Shown here: positions 58,460 to 64,000 of the stretch, in pieces
Layout: each line of letters opens with the position of its first letter
Position numbering within the stretch: position 1 is the first letter of the stretch
Assembly: GCF_054482525.1 (NCBI RefSeq)
Contig: NZ_CM137006.1
Strand: one strand, 5' to 3'
Length of the DNA: 64,000 nt
Notes under the pieces: generated by a model
The model's database searches: none
Seen by the model: only the letters and a program-made list of their open reading frames with translations
Told to the model about the DNA's origin: nothing
Translations under genes and position numbers: made by a program

Positions 58460-59770
58460 ATGTTTGATTCGACTTTAAATCCGTTATGGCAGCGTTACAT
58501 CCTCGCCGTTCAGGAGGAGGTAAAACCGGCGCTGGGGTGTACTGAACCGATTTCACTGGCGCTGGCGGCGGCGGTTGCTGCGGCAGAACTGGAAGGTCCG
58601 GTTGAACGTGTAGAAGCCTGGGTTTCGCCAAATCTGATGAAGAACGGTCTGGGCGTCACCGTTCCCGGCACGGGAATGGTGGGGCTGCCGATTGCGGCGG
58701 CGCTTGGGGCGTTAGGTGGAAATGCTAACGCCGGGCTGGAAGTGCTGAAAGACGCAACTGCGCAGGCAATTGCCGATGCCAAAGCACTGCTGGCGGCGGG
58801 GAAAGTCTCAGTTAAGATCCAGGAACCTTGCGATGAAATCCTCTTCTCACGCGCCAAAGTCTGGAACGGTGAGAAGTGGGCGTGTGTCACCATCGTCGGC
58901 GGGCATACCAACATTGTGCATATTGAGACGCACAATGGCGTGGTGTTTACCCAGCAGGCGTGTGTGACAGAGGGCGAGCAAGAGTCGCCGCTGACGGTGC
59001 TTTCCAGGACGACGCTGGCTGAGATCCTGAAGTTCGTCAATGAAGTCCCGTTTGCGGCGATCCGCTTTATTCTCGATTCTGCGAAGTTAAATTGCGCGTT
59101 ATCGCAGGAAGGTTTGAGTGGTAACTGGGGGCTGCATATTGGCGCGACGCTGGAGAAACAGTGTGCACGCGGTTTGCTGGCGAAAGATCTCTCTTCATCC
59201 ATTGTGATTCGTACCAGCGCGGCATCCGATGCGCGTATGGGCGGCGCTACGCTTCCGGCGATGAGTAATTCAGGCTCGGGTAACCAGGGGATCACTGCAA
59301 CAATGCCTGTGGTGGTGGTAGCAGAACACTTCGGGGCCGATGATGAACGGCTGGCGCGAGCGCTGATGCTTTCGCATTTGAGCGCGATTTACATCCATAA
59401 CCAGTTACCGCGTTTGTCTGCGCTTTGTGCCGCAACGACCGCAGCAATGGGGGCCGCCGCCGGGATGGCATGGCTGGTGGATGGGCGTTATGAAACCATC
59501 TCGATGGCGATCAGCAGTATGATCGGCGATGTCAGCGGCATGATTTGCGATGGTGCGTCGAACAGCTGCGCGATGAAGGTTTCGACCAGTGCTTCGGCTG
59601 CGTGGAAAGCGGTGTTAATGGCGCTGGATGATACCGCCGTGACCGGCAATGAAGGGATTGTGGCTCATGATGTTGAGCAGTCGATTGCCAACCTGTGTGC
59701 GTTAGCAAGCCATTCGATGCAGCAAACGGATCGGCAGATTATCGAGATTATGGCGAGCAAGGCCAGATAA
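58460..59770 (+). CDS. cyuA: L-cysteine desulfidase CyuA (YhaM, UPF0597)
   Basis: 436-aa [41 protein letters not shown].., recognised as YhaM. Confidence 0.92.
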   Translation: MFDSTLNPLWQRYILAVQEEVKPALGCTEPISLALAAAVAAAELEGPVERVEAWVSPNLMKNGLGVTVPGTGMVGLPIAAALGALGGNANAGLEVLKDATAQAIADAKALLAAGKVSVKIQEPCDEILFSRAKVWNGEKWACVTIVGGHTNIVHIETHNGVVFTQQACVTEGEQESPLTVLSRTTLAEILKFVNEVPFAAIRFILDSAKLNCALSQEGLSGNWGLHIGATLEKQCARGLLAKDLSSSIVIRTSAASDARMGGATLPAMSNSGSGNQGITATMPVVVVAEHFGADDERLARALMLSHLSAIYIHNQLPRLSALCAATTAAMGAAAGMAWLVDGRYETISMAISSMIGDVSGMICDGASNSCAMKVSTSASAAWKAVLMALDDTAVTGNEGIVAHDVEQSIANLCALASHSMQQTDRQIIEIMASKAR

Positions 59771-59790
59771 ACGCCAGGTTTTGGGTATCG

Positions 59791-59880
59791 TGCCGGATGC
59801 GATGCTGGCGCATCTTATCCGGCCTACGAATTGCACAATTTGTTGATGTTGTTGGGTTTTGTAGGCCGGATAAGGCGTTT
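59791..59880. repeat. BIME downstream of cyuA: one complete REP plus the left half of a second REP cut by the IS
   Basis: tgccggatgcgatgctggcgcatcttatccggcctac (59791-59827) and gtaggccggataaggcgttt (59861-59880), abutting the IS end. Confidence 0.9.
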
Positions 59881-60788
<908 letters not shown>

Positions 60789-61312
60789 TCCAGGAGATGC
60801 TCCTGCATGGCTTTCAGATATGCATTTTCTGCGCGAAGATAACGCAGCTCATTCTTCATCTCTTCCGGCGTCATGTTTGCCTCGTTTTCATGGGTATCAT
60901 CAGAACGGGTCATGCTTTTCTCCTTCCTGCGCCTGATAAAGGCCTCATTACCAGATTTGCGGTAGCCTTTTATCCAGTTTTTAACCGTGTTGTGGCTGGG
61001 AATGTTAAACCGGGCAGCTACCCGGGGTAGAGACTCAGAATGCCCGAGAGCATAAAGAACCACGCAAAGTTTATCTTCAGGAGAATAGCTACGCTTGTGT
61101 CTGCAATCCAGTGCCCGAGGACCGTGAAGAAGAAAAAGATTAATCCAGTGTGAGAGGCTGGTGTGAGAAAGTTGAAAGAGTTTTGCCGTAGAAATGATGC
61201 CTGCATGACCAGCCAGGTAGTGATTTACAGCGGCAAGTTTTACTTCAAATGAATGTTTCATAAACTGCACCTTCAGATGTCAGATTATGTCCAACATTTG
61301 GGGTGCAGTTCA

Positions 61313-61334
61313 GTTTACGCCGCATCCGGCACCT
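61313..61334. repeat. Right half of the IS-interrupted REP
   Basis: gtttacgccgcatccggcacct. Joining it to 59861-59880 minus one GTTT copy restores gtaggccggataaggcgtttacgccgcatccggc, a canonical REP. Confidence 0.9.
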
Positions 61335-61338
61335 GTCT

Positions 61339-61503
61339 TTACGCGGTAGCTTCATCCTCGGCTAAACGCGTTTCAGCATCCGCGACGATGGCTTCCAGCT
61401 CGCTCAACATCTCTTCATAGCCAAAACTATTGGCGGTGCGAGCAGGTTCTTTCGCCACCACGGGCTTCACTGGCTGACGCTTTTTGGCCGATTTTTTACT
61501 CAT
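61339..61503 (-). CDS. yhaL: Small protein YhaL (54 aa)
   Basis: The minus-strand ATG at 61503 gives MSKKSAKKRQPVKPVVAKEPARTANSFGYEEMLSELEAIVADAETRLAEDEATA with a stop at 61341-61339. It matches the remembered 54-aa YhaL downstream of yhaK and falls below the ORF-track cutoff. Confidence 0.8.
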   Translation of the reverse strand: MSKKSAKKRQPVKPVVAKEPARTANSFGYEEMLSELEAIVADAETRLAEDEATA

Positions 61504-61525
61504 CATCATCTCCCTGTAAAAACAA

Positions 61526-62227
61526 CTAGACAGGCAAATCTATCAGCAAAGCGCGCAGTGGGGAATCGGCAACCAGCGTAATGTTAGCCTCGTCACGAAT
61601 AAACGCCCCATCACCGCAGGTCAGCGCTGCTTTCTCTTCATAATGCGTAAGCGCATGAAATTTCCCGTGAATCGATTGCAAATACGCGCGTGGCCCATGC
61701 AACTGGAAATTCGCACTTTCGCCTTTGTCGAGCACAATATGATGCAGCCATACTTGCTGGCGCAATTGCAGGCTTCCCATCGCACCCTCTGGCGAGGCAA
61801 TTAATTGCTGCTTGCCCATATTAAGCGCCAGCTTTTGAATCAGCGGATTCTCTCGCTGCGGGCAGGCATCCAGCCAAAGCTGCATTCGCGTTAACGGTTT
61901 GTCTTTGCTGAGATTGTGTTCGCTATAGCTGACACCCGGCTGGGTAGAGAGCAGCAACACCTCACCAGCGCTGGCCTGAACATGATTGCCTTCGCTGTCG
62001 CGATACTCAGCTTCTCCATCCAGAATCACATTTAAAATATCGACTTTGGGATAGGTTCGCGGCTGAAAGGCGGCACCTGGGGCCAGCACTTCCTGGTTAA
62101 GCACGCGCAGGGAGGCATAGCCTAACAATTTCGGGTCGAAGTAGTGTCCAAAGGAAAAAGTATACCGGGCCTGCAACCATCCGTAGTCTGCTTGTCCACA
62201 CTGCCTGGCAGTTCGGGTAGTAATCAT
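61526..62227 (-). CDS. yhaK: Pirin-like bicupin protein YhaK
   Basis: 233-aa ORF MITTRTARQCGQADYGWLQARYTFSFGHYFDP.., recognised as YhaK. Confidence 0.93.
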   Translation of the reverse strand: MITTRTARQCGQADYGWLQARYTFSFGHYFDPKLLGYASLRVLNQEVLAPGAAFQPRTYPKVDILNVILDGEAEYRDSEGNHVQASAGEVLLLSTQPGVSYSEHNLSKDKPLTRMQLWLDACPQRENPLIQKLALNMGKQQLIASPEGAMGSLQLRQQVWLHHIVLDKGESANFQLHGPRAYLQSIHGKFHALTHYEEKAALTCGDGAFIRDEANITLVADSPLRALLIDLPV

Positions 62228-62331
62228 AATTCTTGACCTCTCTTTACTTCCTTTTATGGTAAGGGGCTGGACGCTACATTGTTAGCCAGATATTCTGCCC
62301 GGTATGTTCAAATTTCCTGAATGAGAACGAA

Positions 62332-63228
62332 ATGGCCAAAGAAAGGGCATTAACGCTGGAAGCACTACGGGTTATGGACGCGATCGATCGCCGGGGCAGT
62401 TTTGCGGCGGCGGCGGATGAGCTGGGACGCGTGCCTTCCGCACTTAGCTACACCATGCAAAAACTGGAAGAAGAGCTGGATGTGGTGCTGTTTGACCGCT
62501 CGGGCCATCGCACCAAATTCACCAATGTCGGGAGGATGTTGCTGGAGCGAGGGCGCGTTTTGCTGGAAGCCGCAGATAAACTGACTACCGATGCGGAAGC
62601 CCTCGCGCGCGGTTGGGAAACGCATCTCACCATTGTGACCGAGGCGCTGGTACCGACACCTGCCTTTTTCCCGTTAATCGACAAACTGGCGGCAAAAGCC
62701 AATACCCAACTGGCAATTATCACCGAAGTGCTGGCGGGGGCGTGGGAACGGCTGGAGCAGGGGCGGGCGGATATTGTTATCGCGCCGGATATGCATTTTC
62801 GTTCCTCGTCGGAGATCAACTCGCGCAAGCTCTATACGTTAATGAACGTCTACGTTGCCGCGCCTGATCACCCGATTCATCAGGAGCCGGAACCGTTATC
62901 TGAAGTGACGCGCGTGAAATATCGTGGAATTGCGGTGGCGGATACCGCTCGTGAGCGCCCGGTGTTGACCGTACAGCTGCTGGACAAACAGCCGCGCTTA
63001 ACGGTGAGCACGATTGAAGATAAACGTCAGGCATTACTGGCGGGGCTTGGCGTGGCGACGATGCCGTATCCGATGGTTGAAAAAGATATTGCGGAAGGGC
63101 GGTTGCGTGTCGTCAGCCCGGAATCGACCAGCGAGATCGATATTATTATGGCCTGGCGTCGTGACAGTATGGGGGAAGCGAAATCCTGGTGTCTGCGGGA
63201 AATTCCCAAACTTTTTAGCGGAAAATAA
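62332..63228 (+). CDS. yhaJ: LysR-type transcriptional regulator YhaJ
   Basis: 298-aa ORF with a LysR HTH (..AIDRRGSFAAAADELGRVPSALSYTMQKLEE..), divergent from yhaK. Confidence 0.93.
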   Translation: MAKERALTLEALRVMDAIDRRGSFAAAADELGRVPSALSYTMQKLEEELDVVLFDRSGHRTKFTNVGRMLLERGRVLLEAADKLTTDAEALARGWETHLTIVTEALVPTPAFFPLIDKLAAKANTQLAIITEVLAGAWERLEQGRADIVIAPDMHFRSSSEINSRKLYTLMNVYVAAPDHPIHQEPEPLSEVTRVKYRGIAVADTARERPVLTVQLLDKQPRLTVSTIEDKRQALLAGLGVATMPYPMVEKDIAEGRLRVVSPESTSEIDIIMAWRRDSMGEAKSWCLREIPKLFSGK

Positions 63229-63232
63229 TCGA

Positions 63233-63258
63233 TTAAGCACCTTTTACAAGGTGCTTAA
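63233..63258. terminator. Bidirectional hairpin between the convergent yhaJ and DUF805 genes
   Basis: ttaagcaccttttacaaggtgcttaa, a perfect 11-bp stem. Confidence 0.55.
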
Positions 63259-63261
63259 TTA

Positions 63262-63630
63262 TTATTCTTGTTCCAGTTTCGGATCTGGTCCAAAGCGGTT
63301 TTCGCCTGGCGTACCCGCCTGGCAGTTAAAGACGATGATAATAAGCCAGCCGATAAACGGGATTAAGAATAGCAGTGCCCACCACGCCGAGCGGTCGGTG
63401 TCGTGCAGGCGGCGGAACTGAACCGCCCACCACGGTAAAAACACCAGAATACCGTAGATTGTCGTCAGGATGCCTTCGCCACCAGCGCGTTGCCAGCCTA
63501 ACATTTTATCCAGCAGCCCCAGCACGAACGTAAAGATGATGTTGACCAGAATAAACATCCAGTACTCTTTGCGCCGCGCACGACCCCGGAAACCGACATA
63601 ATTTTTTAGTACTTTCAGATACCAGTCCAT
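63262..63630 (-). CDS. yhaH: DUF805 inner-membrane protein (YhaH-like)
   Basis: The ORF-track entry is 129 aa. The start MDWYLKVLKNYVGFRGRARRKEYWMF at 63630 gives 122 aa. The DUF805 motif RRLHDTDRS is present. By memory the sequence resembles YhaH rather than the 118-aa YhaI, so the symbol is less certain than the family. Confidence 0.75.
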   Translation of the reverse strand: MDWYLKVLKNYVGFRGRARRKEYWMFILVNIIFTFVLGLLDKMLGWQRAGGEGILTTIYGILVFLPWWAVQFRRLHDTDRSAWWALLFLIPFIGWLIIIVFNCQAGTPGENRFGPDPKLEQE

Positions 63631-63770
63631 TTTTGCCTCAATTTTGCTCAATCACTTGTTTTTAAAGCAGCAAATTAAGAATAGACGTGAATGAAATGGC
63701 AGTAAATATTCGTTCAAGGAATTAATAAAGTGCCGTGAAGGCGCGCTAAGACTGATGACAAGCGCAAAAT

Positions 63771-63868
63771 CGCCAGATGCGCTACGCTTATCTGGCCTAC
63801 GCGGCATTGTAACATATTGAATATAAACGTTTTGTAGGTTGGAAAAGACGTTCACGCCGCATCCGACA
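63771..63868. repeat. BIME: two REP-like units
   Basis: cgccagatgcgctacgcttatctggcctac and gtaggttggaaaagacgttcacgccgcatccgaca. Confidence 0.8.
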
Positions 63869-63921
63869 TAAATAACACGCACTTAGCTAATAATCAGAGG
63901 CACCTCGTAAGGTGCCTTTTT

Positions 63922-64000
63922 TTAACCGAAGCGAACATCTCGTCCATGCGGTTCATCGAGATCCTGCCACGGACCAATTGAAATAATCCCCGTAGGGTTG
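63922..64000 (-). CDS. yqjG: 3' end of the glutathionyl-hydroquinone reductase gene (Xi-class GST), truncated by the window edge
   Basis: The minus strand reads ...NPTGIISIGPWQDLDEPHGRDVRFG-stop (TAA at 63924-63922). The C-terminus and position fit remembered YqjG. Only 25 codons are visible. Confidence 0.6.
   Translation of the reverse strand, partial: NPTGIISIGPWQDLDEPHGRDVRFG

Noticed and set aside
58510-59295. 261-aa minus-strand ORF inside cyuA.
   Set aside because: It is an Ala/Ser/Pro-rich shadow of the Ala/Gly-rich CyuA coding sequence.
63652-63882. 76-aa minus-strand ORF upstream of the DUF805 gene, considered as a remnant of the missing yhaI.
   Set aside because: It runs through the BIME and has no DUF805 motifs (no RRLHDTDRS-like sequence), so it is most likely non-coding.

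Overview
This window is an Escherichia coli chromosomal segment. It is colinear, in reverse-complement orientation, with the K-12 interval from nusA (b3169) down to the 3' end of yqjG (b3102). All identifications come from reading the ORF-track proteins and the DNA against remembered E. coli sequences, motifs and gene order; no database search was run.

Gene content in window order:
- nusA (5'-truncated), infB, rbfA, truB, rpsO, pnp
- nlpI, yrbN, deaD, mtr
- a two-gene AT-rich islet that K-12 lacks
- yhbW, ubiV, ubiU, ubiT, yhbS, yhbQ, yhbP, yhbO, yraR, yraQ
- dolP, diaA, yraN, lpoA, rsmI
- a complete aga/kba N-acetylgalactosamine and galactosamine regulon (agaI, agaD, agaC, agaB, kbaY, agaS, agaA, agaF, agaE, agaW, agaV, kbaZ, agaR)
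- the prlF-yhaV toxin-antitoxin pair
- garD (carrying an in-frame amber codon), garP, garL, garR, garK
- rnpB (M1 RNA)
- the AT-rich yhaC, yhaB, tdcR block
- tdcABCDEFG, cyuP, cyuA
- an IS3-family element inserted in a REP
- yhaL, yhaK, yhaJ, one DUF805 gene, and the yqjG 3' end

Several REP/BIME clusters, terminators and known operator sites are visible. I found no CRISPR array, prophage, rRNA or tRNA.

The strain is not K-12. Differences I can see or infer:
- an intact agaW-agaE-agaF-agaA segment
- no yraHIJK fimbrial operon between rsmI and agaI
- an IS1397-like element
- a garD nonsense codon
- one extra 12-nt repeat unit in the deaD tail
- a missing yhaI paralogue
- the mtr-yhbW islet

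I do not see a convincing multi-gene undescribed system. The best candidates for a second look are the mtr-yhbW islet (a second YafK/DpaA-type L,D-transpeptidase-fold protein plus a divergent orphan ORF) and the uncharacterised AT-rich yhaB-yhaC block. Most of the window is ordinary core genome.
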